A stretch of DNA of 64,000 bases from Elusimicrobiota bacterium (lineage in GTDB: Bacteria; Elusimicrobiota; Elusimicrobia; UBA1565; UBA9628), in contig JBIOJO010000014.1 in the NCBI GenBank assembly GCA_044450965.1, forward strand, positions 3,425 to 67,424, written 5' to 3'. Shown one piece after another: positions 27,606 through 42,507 of the stretch. The notes under the pieces were generated by a model. It ran no database searches, was not told the origin of the DNA, and was given only the letters and a program-made list of their open reading frames with translations. Within the stretch, counting starts at the first letter, position 1, and each line of letters opens with the position of its first letter. Made by a program: the position numbers and the translations under genes.

Positions 27606-29390
27606 TCAGCGCGGCGGGCCGGAGAGAAGCGCGCGGTAACGCGCCGCGGCCGCGTCCCCGCCGTTCGGAGCGTCCTGGAACAGGCTCGCGACGGCCGACT
27701 GCGGGACGGAACCGTGGAAGGTCAGACGGCGGATCATCGCCTTGCCCTCCTCGGTGAAGAGATAGCCGACCGCGCGTCCGTCGGGTCCGCCGGTGACCGT
27801 GTGATAGACCTCGGGGACGCCCTGCACGGCCTGATAGACGCGCAGAGCCTGCGCGGTGTCGTACGTATGGGTGGGCGTCAGCTTTCCCCAATCGGCGAAG
27901 ACGATGCCGTATTCCTTCGTTCGGATCGCGGCGACCGCGTGGCCCGCGTTGACGCCGTTCGCGTTCGGCACTTCCACGGTGACGGCGGACGCCTCGATCG
28001 GCACCCCGGCCCTGGCCCCCAGCGCCTGGGCCAGGCGCGAGGAGAACTGAGCCGAGCCGATGCAGATCAAGATGGGGTCCCTCGCGCCGTCCAGGTAGCT
28101 GGCGCGGCCCCGCTCGTAGAGCTGTTCCAGGTCGTCGAGGTTCTGGAGCTTCGGAGCGTCGTAATTGTAGTTGCGGGCGCCGAACGACTGCGTGAACGCG
28201 GACACCGCGTCCAGCACTCCGTCGGTTCCGTTCACCGGCACGCGCGCGACGAACGCGTCGAAGGTCGGGGAGGTCCGCAGCGCTTCGGCGAAAATCGAGG
28301 CGTAATCGGGGCCGGGCAGACGGGCGTTCATCTCCCGGGAGGCCTCGGGACGGTACGAGATCCGGGACGCGTCCCGTTCGCGGTGGGCGGCCCGCAGCCG
28401 GGCGATGCGTCCCAAATCGATCGACACCTGCCCCTCGAAGGATCCGTTGGTCGTCGGCTCGGGAGACAGGGCGTAGGCTCCGCGCTGGATCCGGCCTTCC
28501 ACCGAAACGACGACGCCGTCCGTCGGAGCCGCGGACAGCCGCGCCGCGACCCCGCGGGCGTCCGGATAAAACGGATCGCGGCTCTTGCGCAGCTCCGCGG
28601 CGACCATCGCCGTCACGCGCCCGCTCGACGCGCCGACGTAAGGGCGCACGCCGACGTCCGCGCGCTGGGACACGGCCTCGACCCCCGCGAAGGCGCGTCC
28701 GCCCGCCGCCGGGCGGCCGTACTCGACGGTCGCGGCGACGGCCGGCATCACCCCGCGCTCCTCGTTGCGGAACATGTTGCGGCGCGCTTCCTGCAGGCGA
28801 AGATCGGCGGACACGGTCACATCGCCGCGGCCCGCGCCCGTCTTCATCGCGGCGCCGACGCTCCCTTCCAGCATGCCGGTGACGGGGCCGTTCTCCGCCC
28901 CTTTCGCCAAAGTCCCGAAGCTGTCAACGGAGCCGAAAATCGCGGCCGAGACCTTTCGGCCGGCGGAAAGAATCCTGCCCGCGTCCACATAGGAGCTGAG
29001 CGTGGTCCAGGTCTGGGAGAAGGCGTCCTTTCCGGGAAGGGCCGACGCCGGCGAAGCCGCGGTTCCGTCCGGATCGGAGAAGCCCTTGCCGGAGTTGATC
29101 TGCGCGCGCGACGCGTCGATCACGGCCTTCAATTCATAGCCGCCCGTCTTCTCGATCGTGACGCCGGCGCCGACATAAGGGGAGGTCCGTAGCGGGGAGT
29201 CAGCGGCGGGGAACCGCCCGCCGGGCGCCAGCTCTCCGACGCGGACCGACGGCGTCAAGGTCAGGCCCATCAGCGGGATCTTCTGGATGGCCAATTTCAC
29301 CTGCTCCGCCTCGTTTCCCGCGTCGACGTCCACGACCTGAGCCGAGGCTCCGGTGACCGCCGCCAGCAGCGCCGCCAGGAGGATTCCCAT
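27606..29390 (-). CDS. Exported protein: predicted beta-barrel N-half plus transglutaminase/papain-like Cys-His-Asp C-half
   Basis: Signal peptide MGILLAALLAAVTGASA. Alternating beta-strand pattern, then LICIGSAQF...GHAVAA...FADWG. Confidence 0.7.
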   Translation of the reverse strand: MGILLAALLAAVTGASAQVVDVDAGNEAEQVKLAIQKIPLMGLTLTPSVRVGELAPGGRFPAADSPLRTSPYVGAGVTIEKTGGYELKAVIDASRAQINSGKGFSDPDGTAASPASALPGKDAFSQTWTTLSSYVDAGRILSAGRKVSAAIFGSVDSFGTLAKGAENGPVTGMLEGSVGAAMKTGAGRGDVTVSADLRLQEARRNMFRNEERGVMPAVAATVEYGRPAAGGRAFAGVEAVSQRADVGVRPYVGASSGRVTAMVAAELRKSRDPFYPDARGVAARLSAAPTDGVVVSVEGRIQRGAYALSPEPTTNGSFEGQVSIDLGRIARLRAAHRERDASRISYRPEASREMNARLPGPDYASIFAEALRTSPTFDAFVARVPVNGTDGVLDAVSAFTQSFGARNYNYDAPKLQNLDDLEQLYERGRASYLDGARDPILICIGSAQFSSRLAQALGARAGVPIEASAVTVEVPNANGVNAGHAVAAIRTKEYGIVFADWGKLTPTHTYDTAQALRVYQAVQGVPEVYHTVTGGPDGRAVGYLFTEEGKAMIRRLTFHGSVPQSAVASLFQDAPNGGDAAAARYRALLSGPPR

Positions 29391-29530
29391 GCTCCCAGGA
29401 TGCCCGGAAACGGGGCCGGCCGACAGGGCCGAAGTACAGGCCGGGAGCTGGGCCCTTCGGCCCGGCGGCGGCTTTGACGACCGTTCCCTAAAATAGTCTA
29501 ATCGTTCCGGCGGGCTTCGCCGAACCGCGC

Positions 29531-30451
29531 GTGACGAAAGACTGGGTCTCCAAAGATCTGCTCGGCCTTGAACGGCTGAGCGCCGCAAACATCGAGGCAG
29601 TCCTCGACGCGGCCGCGTCTTTCAAGAGCGCCCCCTCTCCCGACCGCCTCGCCGGACGCACCGTCGCCTTCCTTTTCTCCGAGGCTTCCACCCGCACCCG
29701 CTCGTCGTTCGAGGCGGCGGCCCTGCGCCTGGGCGCCGACGTCCTGAGCTTCTCGGCCGCGGGCTCCTCGCTGTCGAAAGGCGAGACCATGCTCGACACC
29801 ATGCTGAACCTGCAGGCGGTCGGCGTCACGCACTTCGTCGTGCGTCACGAGCGCTCCGGCGTGCTGGAGGACCTGGCGCCGCGCCTGAAGGCCTCGGTGA
29901 TCAACGCCGGCGACGGTTGGCACGAGCATCCGACGCAGGCGCTCCTGGATCTTCTGACTTTGCGCGAGCGCTGGGGCTCCTTCAAGGGCCGCAAGCTGGT
30001 GGTCCTGGGCGACATCCGCCACAGCCGCGTCGCCAGATCGAACCTATTCGCGCTCAAGAAGCTGGGCGCGAAGGTGGTCTTCTGCGGCCCGACGCCGTTG
30101 GTCCCCGACGCGTTCGCGGCCCTAGGCGCGACCGTCGAGCACGACGTGGAGAAGGCCTTGAAGGGCGCCGACGCCGTCAACGTGCTTCGCCTCCAGTTGG
30201 AGCGCATGGAGCAGGGGTTCGTGCCGTCCCTGGCGGACTACGCGTTGGCCTACCAGCTCACGCCCGCGCGGGCGGGGCTGATGAAGCCCGACGCGTTCGT
30301 GCTCCATCCCGGGCCGATGAACCGGGGCGTCGAGATCTCCTCCGAGGTGGCCGACGGGCCGCGCTCGCTGATTCTGGATCAGGTCGCCAACGGCGTGTTC
30401 GTGCGCATGGCGGCGCTGGCGCTGTGCGATCAAGGGAGGACGCGTGGCTGA
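29531..30451 (+). CDS. pyrB: Aspartate carbamoyltransferase catalytic subunit
   Basis: FSEASTRTRSSF, KGETMLDT, HPTQALLD, GDIRHSRVARS, HPGPMNRGVEI. Confidence 0.97.
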   Translation: MTKDWVSKDLLGLERLSAANIEAVLDAAASFKSAPSPDRLAGRTVAFLFSEASTRTRSSFEAAALRLGADVLSFSAAGSSLSKGETMLDTMLNLQAVGVTHFVVRHERSGVLEDLAPRLKASVINAGDGWHEHPTQALLDLLTLRERWGSFKGRKLVVLGDIRHSRVARSNLFALKKLGAKVVFCGPTPLVPDAFAALGATVEHDVEKALKGADAVNVLRLQLERMEQGFVPSLADYALAYQLTPARAGLMKPDAFVLHPGPMNRGVEISSEVADGPRSLILDQVANGVFVRMAALALCDQGRTRG

Positions 30452-31739
30452 ACGGACCCTGATCGTCGGCGGCCTGGTGATCGACCCCGCGCGCAAGCTC
30501 GAAGCGGTGCGCGACGTGCTGATCGTGGACGGCGAGATCCGCGAGGTCGCCGCCGGGCTGTCGAAGAAATCCGCGCTGGCCGACGCCGCGCGGGTGGACG
30601 CGAAGGGCAAGTGGGTCATTCCCGGTCTGGTGGACATGCACGTGCACCTGCGCGAGCCCGGCCGCGAGGGCGACGAGACCATCGCCAGCGGTACCGCGGC
30701 GGCGGCGCGAGGCGGTGTCACGACGGTGCTAGCCATGGCCAACACCGAACCGGTGACGGACACCCCCTCCCAACTCTCGTTCCTGCGCGCCAAAGCGGCG
30801 CAAGACGCGAAGGTCAACGTTTTATTCGCCGGAGCAGTCACGGTGGGCCAAAAAGGCGAAAGGCTCACCGAATTCGCCAAGCTGAGACAGGCCGGGGCCG
30901 CCGCTTTGTCCGACGACGGTCGTCCGGTCATGAACGCCGGTTTGTTTCGTCGTGCTCTCGAGTCCGCTCGCGATCTGGGAATGCTGGTGACGGACCACTG
31001 CGAGGATTTGACGCTGTCCAACGGGGCGTGCGCCCATGAAGGGGCCGCGGCGCTGCGCAAAGGCTTGAAGGGCGCGCCGTGGGCGGCCGAGACGGTTCAG
31101 GTGGTGAGAGATATCGCCTTGGTGGAACTCACCGGAGCGCGGTTGCATCTCGCCCATTTGTCCTGCGCCGCGTCGGTCGAAGCGGTGCGCCAAGCGAAGA
31201 AGAGAGGCCTGCCGATTTCCGCCGAGGCTTGCCCCCATCACTTCTGCCTGACCGACGACATGATCCCCGGCTACGATGCCGATTGGAAGATGAACCCGCC
31301 GTTGCGCGCAAAAGGCGATCGCTCAGCCATCATTGAAGGCCTTGCGGATGGGACCATCGACGCGATCGCGACCGACCACGCGCCTCACGGCTGCGCGGCG
31401 AAATCGTCGGGCTTCGACACGGCGCCTTTCGGCGTCATCGGCCTGGAGACGTCGCTGGCGTCGTCGTTGACCTCGCTTTATCACACGAAGGCTCTGACCC
31501 GCCGGCAGATCGTGGAACGGATGTCGTCGTCTCCGGCGGCCCTGCTCGGGCTGACGAGCAAGGGCACCTTGGCGCCGGGCGCGGACGCGGACGTGGCCGT
31601 GGTGGATCCGGACGCGTCGTGGACGCCGGAGCCCCCGTTCGCCTCGAAGAGCCGCAACACCCCTTTCGCCGGCCGCCGCTTGAAGGGCCGGGTCCTCCAC
31701 ACCTTCGTGGCCGGCCGCGCGGTGGTCCATGCTGTATGA
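30444..31739 (+). CDS. pyrC: Dihydroorotase
   Basis: DMHVHLREPG, KMNPPLR, IATDHAPH, APFGVIGLET, SKSRNTPF. Confidence 0.97.
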   Translation: MAERTLIVGGLVIDPARKLEAVRDVLIVDGEIREVAAGLSKKSALADAARVDAKGKWVIPGLVDMHVHLREPGREGDETIASGTAAAARGGVTTVLAMANTEPVTDTPSQLSFLRAKAAQDAKVNVLFAGAVTVGQKGERLTEFAKLRQAGAAALSDDGRPVMNAGLFRRALESARDLGMLVTDHCEDLTLSNGACAHEGAAALRKGLKGAPWAAETVQVVRDIALVELTGARLHLAHLSCAASVEAVRQAKKRGLPISAEACPHHFCLTDDMIPGYDADWKMNPPLRAKGDRSAIIEGLADGTIDAIATDHAPHGCAAKSSGFDTAPFGVIGLETSLASSLTSLYHTKALTRRQIVERMSSSPAALLGLTSKGTLAPGADADVAVVDPDASWTPEPPFASKSRNTPFAGRRLKGRVLHTFVAGRAVVHAV

Positions 31740-32784
31740 CCTCCTCAAGCCCCTCCTGTTCTCGCTCGACGCGGAACGCGCGCACGAGGAGGTTTCGGGG
31801 CTGATGGAACTCCTGGCGCCGCTGCCCGGTGCGGCGTCATGTCTTTCGATTTTGACCGGAGCGGGTGCGGCGGGGCTCGGAAAAGACGTTTTCGGCGTCC
31901 ACTTTCCCAATCCCGTGGGGCTGGCCGCCGGTTTCGATAAGGACGGGCGGCTGGGTTCGCTCCTCCCCGCGCTCGGCTTCGGTTTTTTGGAAATCGGATC
32001 GGTGACCTTGGAGCCGCAGTCCGGCAATCCCCGCCCGCGGATGTTCCGCCTTCCCGAGTCCGGCGCGCTGATCAACCGTATGGGCTTCAACAGCGCCGGG
32101 GCGCGCGCGGTCGCGCGGCGTCTGGCCGCCCAGCCGAAGTGCGCGGTCCCTCTCGGAATCAATTTGGGCCTCAACAAAGGCACGGACCCCGCGAAGGCCC
32201 CGGCGGCGTACGCGCGTACTTTCCACATTTTGGCGGACCACGGCGATTATTTCGTCGTCAACGTATCCTCCCCGAACACGCCCGGACTGCGCGATCTGCA
32301 GAAGGTCGCGGACCTGAAGGCGATCCTGGAGGCGGTCCAAGAAGCGAATATCGCGAAGAAGCCCGTCCTCTTGAAGCTCGCTCCCGATCTGGCCGAAGAG
32401 GATTTCGCCGCGGCGATCGAAACGGCGGACAAACTGGCGCAGGGGCTGGTGGTGTCCAACACCACGATCTCCCGCGACGGCATGGACGAGAAATGGCGCT
32501 CCGAGGCGGGCGGACTGTCCGGCGCGCCGCTGAAGCACCGCGCGACGGAGATGACGCGCCGCGCGCGGGCGCTGACGAAGCTGCCGATCATCGGCGTGGG
32601 CGGGATCGCGACCGGCGACGACGCGCGCGAGCGCCTGGCGGCCGGCGCCGATCTGGTCCAAATCTACACGAGCATGGTCTTCGGAGGACCTTCGACCGCG
32701 AAACGAATCATTCGCTCTCTCGCCAACCCCGCGACTGTCGTCAAAGACAGTTCAATTGCGGATAACTCCGGGCGGACCGAATGA
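31729..32784 (+). CDS. pyrD: Quinone-dependent dihydroorotate dehydrogenase (class 2)
   Basis: NPVGLAAGFDK, INRMGFN, NVSSPNTPGLR, KLAPD, NTT, GGLSG. Confidence 0.97.
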   Translation: MLYDLLKPLLFSLDAERAHEEVSGLMELLAPLPGAASCLSILTGAGAAGLGKDVFGVHFPNPVGLAAGFDKDGRLGSLLPALGFGFLEIGSVTLEPQSGNPRPRMFRLPESGALINRMGFNSAGARAVARRLAAQPKCAVPLGINLGLNKGTDPAKAPAAYARTFHILADHGDYFVVNVSSPNTPGLRDLQKVADLKAILEAVQEANIAKKPVLLKLAPDLAEEDFAAAIETADKLAQGLVVSNTTISRDGMDEKWRSEAGGLSGAPLKHRATEMTRRARALTKLPIIGVGGIATGDDARERLAAGADLVQIYTSMVFGGPSTAKRIIRSLANPATVVKDSSIADNSGRTE

Positions 32785-33488
32785 CCCAGGTCATCGTGGC
32801 GTTGGACGTCGATACGATCAAGCGCCAGGAAGAGCTGCTGAAGTCCCTGAAGAACGCGATCGTCTGGTACAAGGTCGGCCTGCAGCTGTTCACGGCGCAC
32901 GGCAAGCGCGCCGTGGACCTGGTGCACAAGAACGGCGGAAAGGTTTTTCTTGATCTCAAGCTTCACGACATCCCGGCGACGGTCGGACACGCGGTGCGCG
33001 AGGCGCAGCGCCTGGGCGTGGAGGCGGTGTCGCTCCATTTGATGGGCGGGCCGGATATGGTGCGCGCCGCCGCCGAGGTGTCCCCGCGGCCGAAGCTGTG
33101 GGGCGTGACCGTGCTGACCAGCATGTCGCCCAAGGACGTGAAGATCTTCCACCCCGGCGCGCGCATTCCCGCCATGGTGAAGTCCTTGGCGAAGGCCGGC
33201 TGGGTGGCCGGCGCCGACGCGACGATCTGCTCGCCGCAGGAAGTGGAGTATCTGCGCAAGCAGCTGCCGCACCTCGACATGAAGTTCGTCACGCCGGGCA
33301 TCCGGCCGAAGGGCGCCGCCCTCAACGACCAGTCCCGCGTGATGACCCCGGCCGAGGCGGCGGCGCTGGGAATCGATTTCATCGTGATCGGACGGCCGAT
33401 CACGCACGCTCCGGACCCGCGCAAGGCCGCGCTCGACATCCTGGCCGAGATGCAGGCCGAGGTTCCCAGCGCCTTGGAGAAGGAATGA
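32781..33488 (+). CDS. pyrF: Orotidine-5'-phosphate decarboxylase
   Basis: IVALD, KVG, FLDLKLHDIPATV, VTVLTS, VTPGIRP, IGRPI. Confidence 0.98.
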   Translation: MTQVIVALDVDTIKRQEELLKSLKNAIVWYKVGLQLFTAHGKRAVDLVHKNGGKVFLDLKLHDIPATVGHAVREAQRLGVEAVSLHLMGGPDMVRAAAEVSPRPKLWGVTVLTSMSPKDVKIFHPGARIPAMVKSLAKAGWVAGADATICSPQEVEYLRKQLPHLDMKFVTPGIRPKGAALNDQSRVMTPAEAAALGIDFIVIGRPITHAPDPRKAALDILAEMQAEVPSALEKE

Positions 33489-34053
33489 ACGTCGAGCAGA
33501 CCTTTCTCGACAACGGCGCCCTCCTGAAGGGCCATTTCCTGCTGTCCTCCGGCCTGCACAGCGACCGCTACCTGCAGTGCGCGCTCGTCCTGGCGCATCC
33601 CGCGCGGGCCGAGGAGTTCGGCAAGGCCCTGGCCGCTAAAATCGGAGGCCAACCCGACCTGGTGGTGTCGCCCGCGATGGGCGGCCTGATGATCGGCCAC
33701 GAAGTCGCGCGCGCGTTCGGTGTGCGGCATTATTTCACCGAGCGCGTGGACGGCGTCGTGTCGCTCCGCCGCGGCTTCGCGGTGAAGCCGGGCGAGCGCG
33801 TCGTCGTGATCGAGGACGTGGTCACCACCGGCAAATCCACCAAGGAAGTGTTCGAGGTCCTGCGCGCCGCCGGCGCCGTCGTCGCCGCCGCGGGATCGGT
33901 GATCGACCGGTCCGAAGGAAAGTCCGCGAGCCTCGGCGTGCCGTACTCCGCCCTCTGGACCGTCGCCGTGCCGACGTGGACCCCGGACGCCTGCCCGCAG
34001 TGCAAGGCGGGCGTCCCCGCCGTGAAGCCGGGAAGCCGCAAGGAGACGAAATA

Positions 34054-34054
<1 letters not shown>
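33485..34054 (+). CDS. pyrE: Orotate phosphoribosyltransferase
   Basis: ATG at 33485. GHFLLSSGLHSDRYLQC and PRPP motif VIEDVVTTGKS. Confidence 0.97.
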
Positions 34055-35033
<979 letters not shown>

Positions 35034-35034
<1 letters not shown>

Positions 35035-37223
35035 TGGAAAAAATAGCGGTCTTCGCCTCCGGCGAAGGCACCAACCTGCAGGCGCTGGTGGACGCGTGCG
35101 CGGACGGACGCGTGCGCGGTTCGGTGGCGCTGGTCGTCTCCAACAAGCCGGACGTCGGGGCCTTGCGCCGCGCCCGCCGCGCGGGCATCGAGACCTTGGT
35201 GTCCGCTCCGGCCGACTTCCCCACGCCGGAGGAATACAGCGCGTTCCTGGCGCACGAATGCAAGAAGCGCGAGATCGGCCTGATCTGCCTGGCCGGCTTC
35301 ATGCTCAAGCTCAAGCCGCCGCTGCTCAAGGCCTTCCCCGGCCGCATACTGAACATCCATCCCGCCCTGCTGCCCGCGTTCGGAGGCCAGGGGATGTACG
35401 GCAGCAAGGTCCACGAGGCCGTGCTGGCCGCCGGCGTCAAGGTGTCCGGCGCGACGGTCCACGTCTTGGACGAGGAATACGACCGCGGCCCCATCGTCCT
35501 GCAGTCGGCGGTGCCCGTGCTGGGCGGCGACACGACGGCGACCTTGGCGGCGCGCGTGCGCGCCCAGGAGCACTGGATCTATCCGAAAGCCGTCTCTCTG
35601 TTCTGCGAGGGGCGCATCAAGGTCTCGGACCGCAAGGTCGAGTTGATGCCCTCCGTCATGGACTCTTCCCCGCGCGTGCGGCGCGCGCTGATCTCCGTTT
35701 CGGATAAGACCGGCGTCGTCGAGCTGGCGCGCGGCCTGCACGACCTGGGCGTCGAGATCGTCTCGACCTCCGGCACGGCGAAGGCGCTGACCGAGGCCGG
35801 CGTGCCGATCCGGCCGCTCGACACGATGACGGGCTTCCCCGAAATCCTGGACGGACGCGTCAAAACGCTCCACCCTCACGTTCACGGCGCCATCCTCCTG
35901 CGCCGCAAGGACCCGAAGCAGGCGAAGGAAGCCGAGCTGTTCGGCATCGAGCCCATCGACCTGGTCATCGTGAACCTGTATCCGTTCGCCAAGACCGTCG
36001 CCGCGGCCGCGTCGCCCTACGACCAGGCCGTCATCGAGCAAATCGACATCGGCGGCGTGGCCCTGATCCGCGCGGCCGCGAAGAACTTCGAGGACGTGGC
36101 CGTGCTGACCTCCCCCGCCGACTACGGCTCGACGTTGTCGGAGCTGGCCGCGTCTCAGGGCCGCCTGACCGACGCGACGCGCAAGAAGCTGGCGCTGACC
36201 GCCTTCCGCCACACGGCCGATTACGACGGGATGATCGCGAAGGCATGGCAAGGCGGCGCCGGTCCGGCAGAGAACACAGAGCAATTCCCGGCGACCTTAA
36301 CTCCCAAATTAGCGAAGGTGCAAGATTTGCGCTACGGGGAAAACCCCCACCAGAAAGCGGCGTTGTACGCGAACGAAAACGGAATGGCGTTCACCCAGCT
36401 TCACGGGAAGGAGCTCTCGTACAACAACCTGCTGGACGCGTCGGGCACATGGGATGCCGTGAACGACTTCGAAGCTCCCGCGGCGGTCGTGTTCAAGCAC
36501 GTCACTCCGGCCGGCATCGGCACCGGGACCTCCATCGATCTCGCGTTCGAACGCGCCTGGGCCTGCGATCCCTTGTCCGCCTTCGGCGGCGTGCTCGCCT
36601 TCAATCGCCCGATCAACCGCGCCATCGCCGAAATACTCTCCAAGCGCTTCGTCGAAGTGCTCGTCGCGCCGGGATATGACCCCGAAGCGTTGGAACTTCT
36701 GAAGAAGAAGCCCAACGTTCGTTTGTTGGTCCGGACGAAACCCCCGACGAAAGCTCTTCAATTCCGTTCGATCGGTGACGAGATACTCGTCACCGAGCCC
36801 GACCGCGCCGTCGCCGGGCCCGAGTGGCGGGTCGTGTCCAAGCGCGCCCCGCGTCCCGCCGAGGAACAGGCCCTGCGCTTCGCTTGGACCGCGGCCAAAC
36901 ATGTGAAGTCCAACGCCATCGTTCTGGCCGGCCCCGAGCAAACCGTCGGCATCGGCGCGGGCCAGATGTCGCGCGTGGACTCGGTCCACATGTCGGGCGT
37001 GAAGTACAAGTTGTGGCTGCGCGACAACCAGGCGCTGTCCGCCCACGTGCTGGCCTCCGACGCCTTCTTCCCCTTCCGCGACGGCATCGACGCCGCCGCC
37101 ACGCTCGGCATCTCCGCGATCGTCTCGCCCGGCGGCTCGATCAAGGACGCGGAGGTCATCGCGGCCGCCGACGAGCACCAGCTGGCCATGATCTTCACCG
37201 GCATGAGGCACTTCAGACACTGA
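35034..37223 (+). CDS. purH: Fused PurN (GAR transformylase) and PurH (AICAR transformylase/IMP cyclohydrolase)
   Basis: Single ORF. N-part SGEGTNLQA, LAGFM, NIHPALLP (PurN). Then RALISVSDK, GRVKTLHP, IDIGG, RYGENPHQ, HVKSNAI, SDAFFPF, RHFRH (PurH). Confidence 0.95.
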
Positions 37224-38086
37224 TGAAACGAAACGATCGGAAGTTATCCACGCTATCCACAATCGAAACTGTTGGCGCCAACAGTTTCTCCAAACCGGTT
37301 CTTTGGGCGGCCTGCGCCCTGATCGCTTCCACCGCCTTCGCCGCCGACCCCTTCGAGTCGAAGTCCTATCCCGCTTCCTCGGTGCGCGAGATCGTCGTCA
37401 CGACGGCGGGCGGCGCGGTTTCCTTGACCGCTTCCGCCGGGGCGTCCGTCAACGTGGACGTTTCCCCCGCGGCGGCGCCCGGCGATGACTGCCAGATATC
37501 CCAGCAGCTGCGCGGATCCACGTTGACGCTCGTCGCCCGCGCGCCGGGTTCGCGCATGTCGTTCGGGCCCGGCAAACAGTGCTCCGCCGGATTCGCCGTC
37601 TCCGCGCCTGCGGGCGTCTCGGTCAAAGCCGCGTCCGGCTCCGGAAACGTTTCCCTCGGAGCCTTCTCCGCGAAGGCCGATATCAAGACGGGCTCCGGCG
37701 ACGTCGCCGTCAGCGGCTTCTCCGGCGAGCTGATCGCCCGCAGCGGAAGCGGCCGCGTCGGCGGCGACGCCTCCGGCCCGAAGATCGACGTCAACACGGG
37801 CAGCGGCAACGTCGACCTCTCCGGACTGACCGGCGGCGCGTCGGTGAAGACCGGCAGCGGCGAGGTCTCCCTCTCCTGGGCGCGCGCTCCTCGGTCGGGA
37901 AAGATCGACGTGCGCACCGGCAGCGGCGGCCTGAACGCGACCTTCCCCGCGGCGGCCCGGCTGAAGGTCTCCGCGAAGAGCGGCTCCGGCTCGCTGAACT
38001 CCGATTTCGTTAACGACGGCAAGGCGTCCCTCGAGCTGACGTTCCGCTCCGGCTCGGGGAGCGCGACTCTCAAGAAGGCCCTTTGA
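37223..38086 (+). CDS. DUF4097/adhesin-like beta-strand repeat protein, exported
   Basis: Repeated (T/S)GSGxV motifs. Signal-peptide-like segment ending ASTAFA. Confidence 0.8.
   Translation: MKRNDRKLSTLSTIETVGANSFSKPVLWAACALIASTAFAADPFESKSYPASSVREIVVTTAGGAVSLTASAGASVNVDVSPAAAPGDDCQISQQLRGSTLTLVARAPGSRMSFGPGKQCSAGFAVSAPAGVSVKAASGSGNVSLGAFSAKADIKTGSGDVAVSGFSGELIARSGSGRVGGDASGPKIDVNTGSGNVDLSGLTGGASVKTGSGEVSLSWARAPRSGKIDVRTGSGGLNATFPAAARLKVSAKSGSGSLNSDFVNDGKASLELTFRSGSGSATLKKAL
37244..37288. promoter_or_regulatory. Two tandem DnaA-box-like 9-mers followed by a perfect 24-bp palindrome
   Basis: TTATCCACG (37244-37252), CTATCCACA (37253-37261), GAAACTGTTGGC|GCCAACAGTTTC (37265-37288). Confidence 0.5.
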
Positions 38087-38111
38087 CGACGGACCCTCGG
38101 AGATCATTCTG

Positions 38112-39216
38112 ATGAACGATAAGGCTTGGCTGGCGCTGGAAGACGGGACGGTGTTCGCGGGGCTCTCCTGCGGCGCCGCGGGCGAGACCACGGGCGAGTC
38201 CGTGTTCAACACGGCGATGACCGGCTATCAGGAAATCCTGACCGACCCGTCTTACTGCGGCCAGCTGGTGGCGATGACCTACCCCCAGATCGGCAATTAC
38301 GGCATGAACGCGCGCGACCACGAATCCCTCCGACCGCGCCTTTCGGGCTTCATCGTTCGCGAATTGTGCAAGACGCCGTCGAACTACGAGTCCATCGAAT
38401 CCGTGGGCGACTTTCTTAAAAAACACGGCATCGTGGCTATTGAAGGCATCGATACCCGCGCGCTGACCTTGCGCTTGCGAGACAAGGGCGCTCTCCGCGG
38501 GGTCATATCGACTCTGGACGGCGACGTGAAAAGGCTGGTGGCCAAGGCGAAGGCATCTCCGTCGATGGCCGGATTGAACCTTGCCAAAACGGTGACCTGC
38601 GAGAAGCCGTACTCCTGGCAGGAAGGCGTTCAGGAACGGGCCGAACTGCATGTCGTGGTGATGGACTTCGGCGTGAAGTTCGGCATCCTCCGCTGCCTGG
38701 CCGCCATGGGCGCGCGCGTGACCGTCGTTCCGTCCGCGACCAGCGCCGAGGCGATCATCAAGATGAAGCCGGACGGCGTGCTGCTCTCCAACGGCCCCGG
38801 CGACCCGGAGCCCGTCACCGACGCGATCGAAACGATCAAGAAGCTGATCGCCGAGCGCCTCCCCATCTTCGGCATCTGCCTGGGTCATCAGCTCCTCGGC
38901 ATCGCCTTCGGCGGAAAGACGTATAAGCTCAAGTTCGGCCACCACGGCTCGAATCAACCGGTGAAGGACCTGGAAACCGGGAAGATCGAGATCACGGCGC
39001 AGAACCACGGGTTCTGCGTGGACCTGGAGTCCCTCCCGAAAGAGATCAAGACGACGCATGTGAATCTCAACGACGGCACCTCCGAGGGCATGGCCCACTC
39101 CACTCTTCCGGTGTTCTCCGTCCAGCATCATCCCGAAGCGTCCGCGGGACCCCACGACAGCCGTTATCTCTTCGAGCGCTTCCGCCTGAAGATGATCCAG
39201 CGCAAGGAGGCCCTCC

Positions 39217-39224
<8 letters not shown>
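38112..39224 (+). CDS. carA: Carbamoyl-phosphate synthase small subunit
   Basis: [50 protein letters not shown]. Confidence 0.98.
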
Positions 39225-42450
<3,226 letters not shown>

Positions 42451-42507
42451 GAGAGCCTGGGCCCGCGGGCCCATTCTCGGAAGCCGGAATCCTTATATAC
42501 TGAGAAC

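Noticed and set aside
37244-37261. Replication origin suggested by DnaA boxes
   Set aside because: Only two boxes, inside an operon, with no AT-rich unwinding element and no dnaA, dnaN or gidA nearby.
37630-38065. Recurring GGCAGCGGC/GGCTCCGG units at semi-regular spacing resembling an array
   Set aside because: They are the GSG turns of the DUF4097 beta-repeat protein. There are no identical CRISPR-like repeats with unique spacers.
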